In this document: piece by piece, positions 13,330 through 24,496 of the stretch
Position numbering within the stretch: position 1 is the first letter of the stretch
Layout of the letters: every line of letters begins with the position of its first letter
Origin: Lama glama
Lineage: Eukaryota
DNA length: 64,000 bases
Reading direction: 5' to 3'
Assembly (NCBI GenBank): GCA_028534125.1
Contig: CM052817.1
Coordinates: 60,762,001 to 60,826,000, forward strand
Position numbers and translations under genes: made by a program
Notes under the pieces: model-generated
The model's database searches: none
The model's input: the letters and a program-made list of their open reading frames with translations, nothing else
Told to the model about the DNA's origin: nothing

Positions 13330-14100
13330 ATCACACCGGGCTACGGAAGATCGGGCTGCGGGGCTGGGATAACCTGTCCCAGAGCTGACGGACAGGGCCC
13401 CTCTCGGCGTCCCTCTCACAATGACAGGCCCTATTCGTCACACCCTGTGCTATACAATAGCTCTTCAAGGGAGAAGACAAACAGAAAATGCATCAAATCC
13501 CAGAGGAGCTGTCCATTTTTTCTCGTTGCCACCAGCTAATGCTCTCATTCTGATGCAGACCCACCCACCGCTCGGCTGAAGTCAATGAGCAGCTCCCCCC
13601 AAGGGCTGCGCAGTCGCGCTCACCTGCCTGCGGCGGCCGGGCCCAGGTCCCGCCGGCGCCGTCTCCCGGGGCTGCTGCCGTGAAGCCCGAGGCCCGAGAA
13701 GGGGTTGGAAATATTTACATTATTTACTGACGGTAAATAAAACGCAAGATACTCCCCCTCAAAAGCGTGGATTTGTGGCTTCTCTGAACAGACAAGGAAA
13801 TTCGCCAGCCGCCGGCCTGCTTTCCGGCTCGGCCACACTCTGCTGGACCCGGGTTTCTTCTTCCCGACTTGGGTGGGGCATGCACTCTCCAGCGTCTCAT
13901 CAGGCGCATCCTCCCCAAACGGGAGTCCCAGCCCTTCAGCCTAGACTTCAGCCAAGTTCAGAGCCCTTCCCTCCCGTGCTTTTTCAGACATGCTGCTCGT
14001 TCCGCTGGCGCAGTGCTGACCTCTTCCTGCCCCCATCCTTCAGGATCTCACGACTTTAATCTCTTCAGGAGCCTTGTCGGAGCACCCAGTCTACAGTGAT
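13330..14100. promoter_or_regulatory. Orphan intronic CpG island (candidate enhancer or internal/antisense promoter)
   Basis: About 25 CpGs counted in 13561-13860 against a CpG-depleted background; no repeat recognised; SOX-type (ACAAT), Forkhead (TATTTAC, GTAAATAA) and CACCTG motifs. Confidence 0.75.
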
Positions 14101-14289
14101 CCACCTCCCCAACCCCTGTCAATGGCCTGCGCGATTTTGTAGCAGTTAATTGTGGTCTCTCTTCTGATACCCTGTTGTGGATATCTTGACACCTAATGAA
14201 ATATTTAACTTTTCACGGATATATATCATTTTTTTGCCTTCCTTTTCACTTACAAAATAATTTTTCTACAACTGGATCGAATTCTGGTG

Positions 14290-14470
14290 TCTGTGACTTC
14301 TGGGCAGAGCCTGGCAGCACTGCTGTTTACTTGCTGCATGAGTCTGGACAGAATGTTCATACTCTCTAATCTTCAGCCACTTCTAATGTTTGTAAAATAA
14401 GGATGAGAACAGTCCATCCTCATAGAGTTATTGTAAACTTCAGGAGATAATGCACAGTAAGCATTCTAGT
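14290..14470 (+). mobile_element. MIR SINE
   Basis: tgtaaaataaggatgagaacagt...catagagttattgtaaac. Confidence 0.6.
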
Positions 14471-14485
14471 ATTCTGAGATTCCCT

Positions 14486-15034
14486 TGTTACTGTCTCTTC
14501 TTCTAAGTTATTCTGGCTGGTCTAAAAATTAAATTGTCATGAGATGGATTAATGGGAGAAAGTCAAACAAAAGTTTAATAACATATATACGTGGGAGAGC
14601 CTCAGGAAAACGGAGTAACTCACCAAAATGGCTAAAACTCTCATCTTAAATACCATCTTCAGCTAATGACAATAGAGGATCTTGAGGGTAATGGTTTGGG
14701 ACCACTAAGGGGAGGAAGGCAATTCACATGGAGATGAAAAAGCAAACACGTGGTTAACAAACGTTTGCTGGGCCCTGCAGAGACTATGGGACACAGAGAA
14801 GAATTTTAATAAACAGACTCTGCGAGGCTCTGACCTGTCTACACACCTGGTTCACACTGTAGTTATCTGTGCTGATAGCTCCCTTTCTGGAACAAGTCCT
14901 TTATCTACATTTTCAGTCAGTTAAAGGGAAAGTCAAAGTTTCTTCCGGAGTCTTTTGGGTCTTGATTGTTTTTAGCTTAAAATAATCCACATGCCAAAGA
15001 TACATTTTGAGGTGGCAAGTTTTGCTCCCCTACA
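14486..15034 (-). mobile_element. ERV1 solo LTR (MER34-like, same family as 7285-7875)
   Basis: Collinear with 7285-7875 (ctggctggtctaaaaatt...gtaactcaccaaaa...ggcaattcacatggag...); ends ctcccctaca. Confidence 0.85.
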
Positions 15035-15129
15035 TTATTATGTCACATTTCCTTGATAAACTCATACAGAATGCAAATAAATTATGCAGATCAATATTTG
15101 CTAGCCAGATAGTGATGTTAATGACAAAC

Positions 15130-15365
15130 ACTCTACCTGCCACTTCGTGGATCACCTGTTATGTGGCAGGCACTGTGCTAGATATTTGTTTTCCTTGTCT
15201 TATCTCTATCACAACTCTGCAGGAGGTGTGTTACAACATTCATTTTACAAATGAGAAAACATAAGTCTCAGGTAGTTAAATAAACTATTTTCATTCAACA
15301 TCTGCATGGCAGAAAGAGGTCTGCCTCTTTGAAATGAAGTCTATCTCCAAAACCTGTGCCCTTCC
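15130..15365 (-). mobile_element. MIR SINE
   Basis: ggcactgtgctag...cattttacaaatgagaaaac. Confidence 0.7.
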
Positions 15366-17712
15366 CTCTAATTACCTCTTGCCTGGTGTTCATCATCTAG
15401 TCCAGTATTGAGCCATTCAGAGGTAAATGGGCCTTAGTAAGTCTTTATAGTTTACAGAAATATTGTAATAGAACGTGTTTAATGTATAATAAATTCTTCT
15501 TAGCATACCACTAATAATACTCCTGTTTACCCCAGTTTGTATCTCCTAAAAAATAAAGGCTACTTAGGAAAGCCCCAGTTCTCCTTTTAAGACCTTTTTC
15601 CAGATGCAAGTAAAAATTGCACTGCAATGTTTTGGTTTGTTTTATAGTATTAAGTGGTACTCAGTGTTTTGTTTAATAAGTATGCAATTTAACGTATCAG
15701 TTAGATATTACTGGTGAAAAAGTGATCAGTCTTATTCTTGGATATTAGTTTTGGATAGATCAGATTTAATATATCACATGGACATTTATGAAGGAGTTCT
15801 ACATACAATGTAATAGATTATTGATCTGATTTTTCATTTTAAAATGTATCTCAGTATTTAATTTGCTTGGTTTGATATTTGGCATTTTGGTTCAATGTTT
15901 AAGTTTAGTATTTGACAAGAAATAAATTGCTCTTGGGCATGCAGAAAATTGTAAAAGAAAATTATCAGTAAGCAGTGAACAGATGTGTCATTATACAGAA
16001 ATAATCACATTTTTACAGCAGCAATCTAAAGTGAAAATGTTTCAAAGAAATAGTTTTGTTTAGGTAAACATGGGATTCTCAGCTTCATTTAATTAAACAA
16101 ACAACAACAAAGATTAGGCATAAAAGGCCTCTCAAACTCAATGATTTTTTTAAATAAATGGAATAGTAATCTACTTTATTGGACCATTTCTTATGTCATA
16201 GAAACTAATTTATATAATTTGGATCAGCTGTTACTTAAAGTAAACATAATCCTATTTGTGTTTTATGTGCTTTTTATTTTGAAAATCAACAGCTCCAAAA
16301 CATGATGAATGTTTTCTGATCTTCTTCTTGACAGGGAAAAAGAATGCAAGAGACTCACTAGCTTCTCCAGGGATGCATTAGGAGTCAGTATATTTTAAGC
16401 TTATATATGAGATCGTTTTTTGCCTTTACTCATCTGTAGAATGAATTTTAATACTCACTTACTCACTTGTGGTTTCTCTGTAGGAGGGAACTTCCTGTAA
16501 TTCCCTCTCAGCCCTCTCCGCTGTTCAGCACCCTTATCAGAGAAGTCACTCCAGCAAATCTTCCTGTCACACGACCCAGAAATCCCAAGATTCTCTTCAT
16601 TGCCTGTCCTCTTTTGCCGCCCCATTTTTTTTAGCTTGTAGGTTCAGCTGCTTCTTTCCACTTCTTTTGAAACCAAATATGTGTCTGCCTCAGTGAAAAT
16701 CCTTGCATAGGTATTTATTTTACAACCAGATTTTAGTCACCTAGTTCTTGCTATAGTCTGTGTTTGAACCTAAATTTCCACCTACTGCGTTTTAATATTT
16801 TTTCGCTACTTCCCTTACAATAAGAGGCATCTCTGGATCAATATAAACTGCTGCACTGAAAGTTTTCTGTTAGTTAGCCCTGAAGCTTATTCTAATGCCA
16901 GTAGGTAAGAATAAAAAACATTGACAATTTACTGTGAAGAGACAATGGGTTATTACATGCTCTGTGCATTCTCTAGTATAACTTGCATGACAAGTACCTG
17001 AATTAGCGATTATCATCAACTCCGTGGAAACTGAAACGCATCAAAATTACCATAGTTCAGTGAGAGTGATGTCAGGTTTCACATTTCATACCCAGGCAGC
17101 CCGACTCTAGATTCCATGTTCTTAGATATCAAACAGTATTATCTATTTTTATAGTTCTATACCACATAAATTATTCTGCAGCTTTATGAAACTATTCAGT
17201 CCCTACCAGCTGCCATCTTGCTTCCCATAACTCTCTCAATTCCTTCTCTCTCTTTCCCTCGAACACTCTTTCTTTTTCATCCTTCCTCCCTCACTCACTC
17301 TTTTTAATGTTTATTTTCCTCTGCTAAGCACAGAGGAATAGTTTTCTTAAATAAGTTTCTAAGAAGTTTATAATTGGTCTCTTGCTGACAAGACAGTAAA
17401 TAATAACTTTTCTCTCTCTTTTAAATTGCTGTTTCTTGCTTCATTTCCACCAAATTTCTCCTGATTAGTCTTGCTTATTTTCAAAGATCTAACCTAATCA
17501 CTTTTGGATATAATTATAATTATTATTTAAATTTGCATTTTAATGTGTACTTTGTACATTTTTGCTGCTTCTACTAAAATACATTCTCCTTGAAGGCAGG
17601 GTAATATTATGGACCTCTAGACACAAACTTAATCTATCTTCTGCCTTTTTTATCTTGTTTAATATTCCCTGTTGCTATTTTTTCGTCTTATTCAGACAAA
17701 ATAACGCTGATT

Positions 17713-17734
17713 TGTGTGTGTGTGTGTGTGTGTG
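17713..17734. repeat. (TG)n microsatellite
   Basis: Directly visible. Confidence 0.9.
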
Positions 17735-19059
17735 TTTAGAGAAGAGATGCAGCAAAAACTGGATAAAATATAGCTTCAGAGGGAGAATATATTTTATTTG
17801 TTTTTAATTATTCCTTCAAGGCATAGAACAAGACTCACTCTAATCTGTCACTAAATAACTCCAATCCTTTATGGTAATTTTCATTTCTCAGTGACCACAT
17901 ATACAATCTTGATTATAAAAATCATATTCTGGGTTAAACAGGTCTACAAAATCTTATTCCTAATTCATTTCCAGGGTTTTCACGATGCTGTTTCCCTTCA
18001 CTTCTGGTCTAACACCCTCTAGAGTGCTGGGACACAGTCCATCCATACTCGACAAATGTTATTGAATTGAGTTGAATGTGAATCACCCACAGCACTCTGT
18101 TTAATGGTTCCACATCTATTCTGCAAGAGAATTCAACAGAAGCAGATCTGGAAAAAGAGAAAAATTTTAAAGCACTATCATTAGTGGGCACTTGTAAGCA
18201 TAGGGAGGGTTTAAAGTATTTAGCCTAAAATGTAGAGTTGGACCACTCACTTCAGGTACACTTCAGGTAAATAGATTACAAGTAAATTGCAAGCATTTCT
18301 TTAAGTGAAAAAAGCTTTTAGATGATTACATAAATCTCATGAAACTAATTTTATCATCATTGAAACTCCATGTGATTTCCCCCTAAGTAAATTTCACTTT
18401 CAAATGCATCACTTAAGTTTGTGGTGAAATAATCCTAAAGGTATGGCTTCCATTTGTTTCCATCGATCTACTGGAAAACAATAAAGAAAAAAAAATTATG
18501 CTCCAATTCCAGTAGTGACTGAGCATCTTGCATCAGACTAATCCTCTCACAAAAGCAGGCAGAAACTGGAGGGGATATGATCCTTGAAGGAAGGAAACAA
18601 GAAGTTCACATTTATATGGCCTTCCCCTGAGCACACTTCCAAGTTCACACACAGCTCAAGACTGCTAGAATTCAAGAAAGCTGTGGTTTTACTGGTTTGC
18701 AGTGTCACAGGATGGAATTCAGGGTCACCAAAACACCTGGAAATTGAGAGAATCTCAGGAAGAAGAGACTCAGTGAAGAAAGAACCAAAAATTCTGCATC
18801 TAAGTTACCCTCAAATTCTTGGCTGACCCTGAACTCTGTATGCACAGGGAAGACTGAAGAGGAACAGTGGAAAGTAACAGCAAGAAGGGGGAAAGAGCGC
18901 AGCACTACTTAAGTACCGCATACCACAGAGCAGACAAAGCTTGGAGTTTGAGTCCTGCCAAATTACGAAGGCTAAGTAAACACATCGGGTATTTCATCAA
19001 AATTCCAGAAGGACCTTGAAGGTTTAAAACTGTATCTCAGGACAAATGCAACTTCCTTA

Positions 19060-20285
19060 AACAAAGAACAAAATTGATATGTTGGATTTTTATCAAGTAA
19101 GAAGTATTTCTACTTGTCAAGGACACTGTTAAGAAAGTAATAAAGACAAACCATACAACAGGACAAAATATTTTCTATACAGACATCTATCTCACCTTGT
19201 ATCTCAGTATATGAAGAACTCTAAAAATCAATAGTAAAAAGACAAATGACACAGTAAAAATTAGCAAAAGATTTGAATAGTCACTTCACAAAAGAAGATA
19301 TGCAAATTTCCAATAAGCACATGAAAATATGCCAGATTAACATCCTTAGTCATCAAGAAAATGCAAATGAAAACAATGATTTACATTTCACATCCACTAC
19401 AATAGCTAAAATTTTAAAAACTAACAATACCAAATATCCCCAAGATTGTAAAGCAACTAGAACTTGCAGATATTGATGGTGTAAAATATGTAGAAACCAC
19501 TTTAGAAGTCTGTTCGGTAGTTTCTTACTGAACTACACATATACCTAGCCCATGACCCAGCAGTTTCAGTCCTAGGTATTTACCTAAGAGAGATGAAACA
19601 GTCATCCATAGTAGACAAACAGTCCTGTTTACTGCAACCTTATTTGTCATAGCTCCAAACTGAAAGCAACCCAAATGTTCAACAGCAGGGAAATAGAAAA
19701 ACCAATTATGGGCTATTCAGACCACAATATTACAAGAAATAATAAAGAAAGAGCTACTGATACACAAACCAGTGTGGATGTATATCAAAAGCACTGTACT
19801 GGGGGGAGGTTATAGCTCAAGTGGTAGAGTGCTTGCACGAGGTCCTGGGTTCAATCCCTAGTACCTCTTCTAAAAAAATAATAAATAAACATAATTACCT
19901 CCTCCCCTCCAATTTTTTTAAATAGTCCACAATTGAACACAGGTTGATTAATCTTAATCCATAACTTACAAAAAAATTTAAAAAGGAGAAGAATCATTGT
20001 GCTGCTCAAAAGAAGTTAGAAACAGAAGAGTACAAATATTTGATTTCATTTATATGATGCTGAAGAGCTGGCACGGCTAGTCTATCATGATGATAGAATT
20101 TAGAATGGTGGTGTCCAGGGGGTGAAGTGAGACTGGGAGATGGCAAGAAAAAAATTTCTAGGGTGATAGAAATGTTCGGTATCTTAACTGGGGTAGTTGA
20201 TTCACAAGTGTAATTTTTAATCAAACTCATTAAATTAGACAAAATTCATGCTTTTTGTGGTATGTAAATTCTATATCAATAAAAA
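19060..20285 (+). mobile_element. Old L1M (L1MC/MD/ME-like) ORF2 end and 3'UTR
   Basis: gcaaaagatttgaatagtcacttcacaaaagaagatatgcaaat; ORF 19273-19476 (NSHFTKEDMQISNKHMK) is L1 ORF2-like; ends tatgtaaattctatatcaataaaaa. Confidence 0.85.
19801..19920 (+). mobile_element. tRNA-derived SINE (Vic-1-like)
   Basis: ggggaggttatagctcaagtggtagagtgcttgcacgaggtcctgggttcaatccc with Pol III A and B boxes, then aataaacataattacctcc. Confidence 0.88.
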
Positions 20286-21624
20286 TGCTACAAGTGGTTG
20301 TACCGTGATATTTGCATTAGATTTGGATTAAATATAGCATGATTATGGTTTGCTTGTATTAAATGATTGGATAAAGGATTCGAATTAAATATAGCAAAGC
20401 CAGGTGACAAGAGTTAAAAACAGAGTCTATACCTACTCCAGGAAGTTCCTGACTCAGCCCTCCAGATACATTATATTCTGGGGTCCCAGAAGTATGTGGG
20501 TGTCCTGGAACCATTTTCATGCCTGTTCCTCCTTCCTGTTCCCTGGGCTCATTTCCTTTTCTTTTTCTTTACTCTTTTCAACTATTGAGAACTGCTTCTA
20601 TAGTTGTGGACCATTTTTACCTAAGGCATCTCTCTAACACAAATCCCAAGTGCTGAGGTTTTTTTGCCTGCTGATAGTTTCCAAAAGTTCGTCTATAAGA
20701 AAAAGCAGCAATTGAATCTCTACAAGATTAAGCCAACCAAGATATAAGTTTTTTGCTGTATTTTGTAGCCTTCAGTGAACTTCAGAAGTGTTCCTTGTCA
20801 GGTGCTTACTGGGAATTGTTCTGTTTCATTTCTGACCAAAATTTGAACTCTTCCTTTGTTCACCTGTCTGTAAACCTTGATGATGATAGGATTTTTTTAT
20901 CTAGTCACTTTACAGAATTTGTTTCAAATTGATGCAAAAACTGATTCTCCATCTTCTTTCAGAAACTTTATCCTTTTCAGGGTAACTGTCTCATCATGAA
21001 TAGCTTGTTGTATCACATCTTTATTTTCTTACTATTGGGCCAAGAAGTTGGTGTGATAGTGAATTGTGACAACTGATCACCATATAAATTCCTTTTTAAT
21101 GCTCTTCTGTAATGTGTAATAGACTGTGAACTACCATCATCTTGAAATGTCATCATGTTTCTACAACATGACAAAGTAATAATGTGAAAATGCTAAATTT
21201 AGTAATTTCAAATCTGCTGTGAGCAATGAGTGATATCACCAAGACCAAGGTCTAATCGAAGAGTTAGTTTACTCATTTTCCACTTCACTGTCTAAGAAAA
21301 GCTTGCCATTTCCTTTTTTCAGGAAGGACTGAGGCATTACACAGGCACTTCTTTTTAGTATTAAGCAACAGTCAGATGCTGAATTTCCCCCTCGACTCTT
21401 ATGTCGTTGTTCCTTTTTAAAGCAATCATTTTAGTTAAGTATTGTCTATACAGCGAGTCTGCCCTCAAAGTGCCTCTGGTACATTTGGGAATCATAATGC
21501 ATACATACAGAAGAGCTGATTAGAAACTCAAGGGCATCTCTTGTTACAAGCCAAAACCGACTGTTCTCTAGTGATTCTAGAAGGGTTAAAAGTCGTACTG
21601 TTCCATAGAAGGCAATATCTTCTA

Positions 21625-21843
21625 ATATGTGATGTCCAGTATTATAGCCGCTATCTAGCTCCATGTGACTATTTAAATTTAAGTGGATTAAAATTCAGTG
21701 AAATTTAAAATTCAGTTCCTCAGTTACATTAGCCATGTTTCAAGTGCTCAGTAGCCACATGTGGCTAGTTGCTACCACATTGGCCAGTACAGATACAGAA
21801 CACTGCCAACATTTCAAAGCGTTCTGTTGAATAGTGTTGTCTG
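21625..21843. mobile_element. MER3-like hAT-Charlie MITE
   Basis: aaattcagttcctcagttacattagccatgtttcaagtgctcagtagccacatgtggctag. Confidence 0.8.
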
Positions 21844-22109
21844 GATCATAACTGCGCTTGGTAAGTCTGGAGCTAAGCTGCTTCACAAAAGATGGTTTAA
21901 CTTAATAGTGCTACCTTATACATCTTCATCCTGACAGAACACTATGAACTGCTTGTATATGGCAGAACTTTTGAGCTGTCACAGCTTTCTGTTATTACTT
22001 GATCCTTCCTATCAATGTTGGAAAATTAGCATATACTGATTATTGAGTGAATAGGGAGTTCAAAGTATGGCGGTCTTAGTGACCAAAAGAAAGGAACTGA
22101 AGCTCTTCT

Positions 22110-22520
22110 CAGTGAATGACAAGTATGTATTAGGTGCCTGCTCTGGATAATATTGGACCCTGTGCTAGGTAGTGGGCATAGGGGAGGCAAAGATACTAGG
22201 ATGAAAAGAATGTAGTCCTAACCTACCACGAGTTTACAGTTACACGGAGTCAAGCAAAAGGATAAGACGCAAGTATAGACAGCGTGCTAAAGTGCTGTTG
22301 TAGGAGTACGTACAAGGCGCAACGTGATCGTATAAGAGACAGTAACCCAAGCCTGGAGGTCAAGGAATAAGTGACATCTAAACTGATCTCAGCTCTGAAA
22401 GAATTAATAGACGTTAAAGAGAAGAAGAGGATAGGAAAGAATAATACAGAGCAGAGTGGACAGGAAAACATTCCTAGCCAAAAAAAAAAAAAAAAGTATC
22501 TAAGACCTAAGGACAAAAAA
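22110..22520 (-). mobile_element. L2 LINE 3' fragment
   Basis: aagtatgtattaggtgcctgctctg...tgtgctaggtagtggg...gagtttacagt. Confidence 0.7.
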
Positions 22521-23159
22521 GATTACAAACAATTTAAGAAATTCTAGGTATGAAAAATAGGAGCAAATGTTGTTAACATAAAAAATGCACCCAATTGGAG
22601 ATAAATCAACTTCTCAAGAAAGTTGAGATGTCTAACTTATTTTAGGATTTAGTTTATTTTAGAACATAATTTCAAAACTAAACTTTCTACTTAATATTCT
22701 GTCAGAATATGTACACACATAGCAGTAGAAAGGGTAATTGGGGAATGGAAGTGTACATGGACAGTTGGCAAGACCTAGCAATTGTAGTATAAATTTTATG
22801 TATGATGGGTTTAAGTGTATGTCGATGGCTCTCCCGGACTGGATGGAAATAAATTGGTTATTAGAGCAAAGCAATTATAAGTATGTAATTATGAATACTG
22901 TAGTACTTATAAATTTATAAATCAACATATTACTCAAAAACTATTATTTTACTATTTATGTTAATGAAGCCATTTAAAAATTTTAAATAAAAAAATTCAG
23001 GTGTTTTTTATTTAGTATATTTTACTGTACACCTAAAAATGGTGTATTTGACGATATGTAAATTATATCTCAATAAATCTGACCTTTTAAAAAATCTTAT
23101 TTAACTACATATTTACACATACAATTTTCATAAAAGCATAAACGTAACTAACCATGCCA

Positions 23160-24470
23160 TTGTTAAAGCATTAGTTTTACTTTTACTTTTCAAGTTGTCT
23201 TTCCCCCATTCTTCTCTCCTCTTGGACCTCCTCTCGGGTTTTTCTACCCTCAAAAGATAACCAGTGGAATACATTGTAGTCTTCTGTATTTTTTTCTAAG
23301 TATTTCCAATAATATAATAACATATATATAAGTATCCCCACATATTTGTATAATTTTTGGTCTTTTTTTAATAACATCATTTTATCTTTGTTTTTCTTTT
23401 ATTTAGTTTGTTGTTGGGGGGGTGATTAGGGGTTTTTGTTTATTTATTTATTTTTAATGGAAATGCTGGGGATTGAACCCAGGACCTCGTGCATGCTAGG
23501 CATGTACTCTACCACTGAGCTATAGCCTCCCTTCCATTTGTTGTTTTTTAAAATAGAATTACATTAAAAGTAATTTCTGCACCTTGCTTTTTCTTATTCT
23601 GCAAATACATCATAAAAATCCCAAAATGACCCTTGTATTGCTCTAATAGATTCCTTTTAATGTTTCTGTAATGTTTCATGCCAGGAATGCGTTATTTTTC
23701 TGACTGATGCCAGTTTGCTGCCACAATACACAATGATGCACTGAGTATACTTGTATGTTAACCTGAAAATTTTATTTCTCTTGGATAGATTCTTGGGAAT
23801 GGAGTTGCTGGGCCAAAAGCCATCTGTATTGTTTAATTTAAATAGATGTTGCTTTTGAGAAAGGCTATAACATTTTCCCATTTCCACTAGCAGTGTGTGA
23901 GAATATACTTTTCAATGTGTCTCCACTAGCAATATATGTTAAATGTTGCCAGACCAATTGATATAAAGTACTAGCGTCCTGTTATTTTATTTTGCAGTTA
24001 CCTATCCACTAATGAGTTTGGGTATTTTTATATGCTTTTGGACATGTGTATTTGTTCCATTTTGAATTGCTGCTTCATATACTTATCTATTTTTCTTTTG
24101 CATTCCCTATTCTTTGCTAGAATAAAGGATACTAAGAGAAGCACCTATACATTTATAAATGCTAACTTTGTCCTTTGTATTCCTTTTTTTGGCAAATCTA
24201 TTGGTCTTCTGTTCAGTTTTTGTATGTATCTTTTGCCATACAAAGATGTTTACAAAATGTTTTGTGTAAAAAGTGTTTCTTTTACATATATCCTTCTGGA
24301 TTCCACATGTTGGTTGAAAAGTCCTTCCTTAAATATATTGTATATGCTCCCCTGGTTTTTCTTACAGGGATTATATTATTTTATTTTGGACCATTTTTTC
24401 TAATTGGAAATTATTTTTATTTGGAGTTAAAAAAAGATTTGATTTGATTTTCTCCCAGACAGCCAGCAAC
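23160..24470 (-). mobile_element. Old L1ME-like fragment
   Basis: ggatagattcttgggaatggagttgctgggcc...ccactagcagtgtgtgaga...actaatgagtttg, antisense L1. Confidence 0.7.
23405..23532 (-). mobile_element. tRNA-derived SINE (Vic-1-like)
   Basis: gctggggattgaacccaggacctcgtgcatgctaggcatgtactctaccactgagctatagcctccc. Confidence 0.88.
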
Positions 24471-24496
24471 ATTCATTAAAATGTTGGTCAGCTTTT

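Noticed and set aside
13620..14099. Four overlapping ORFs in the CpG island
   Set aside because: Expected from GC-rich, stop-poor sequence; mostly non-ATG starts and no recognisable protein.
16310..16400. Acceptor-like ttttctgatcttcttcttgacAG
   Set aside because: No good downstream donor or coding similarity; such tracts are frequent by chance.
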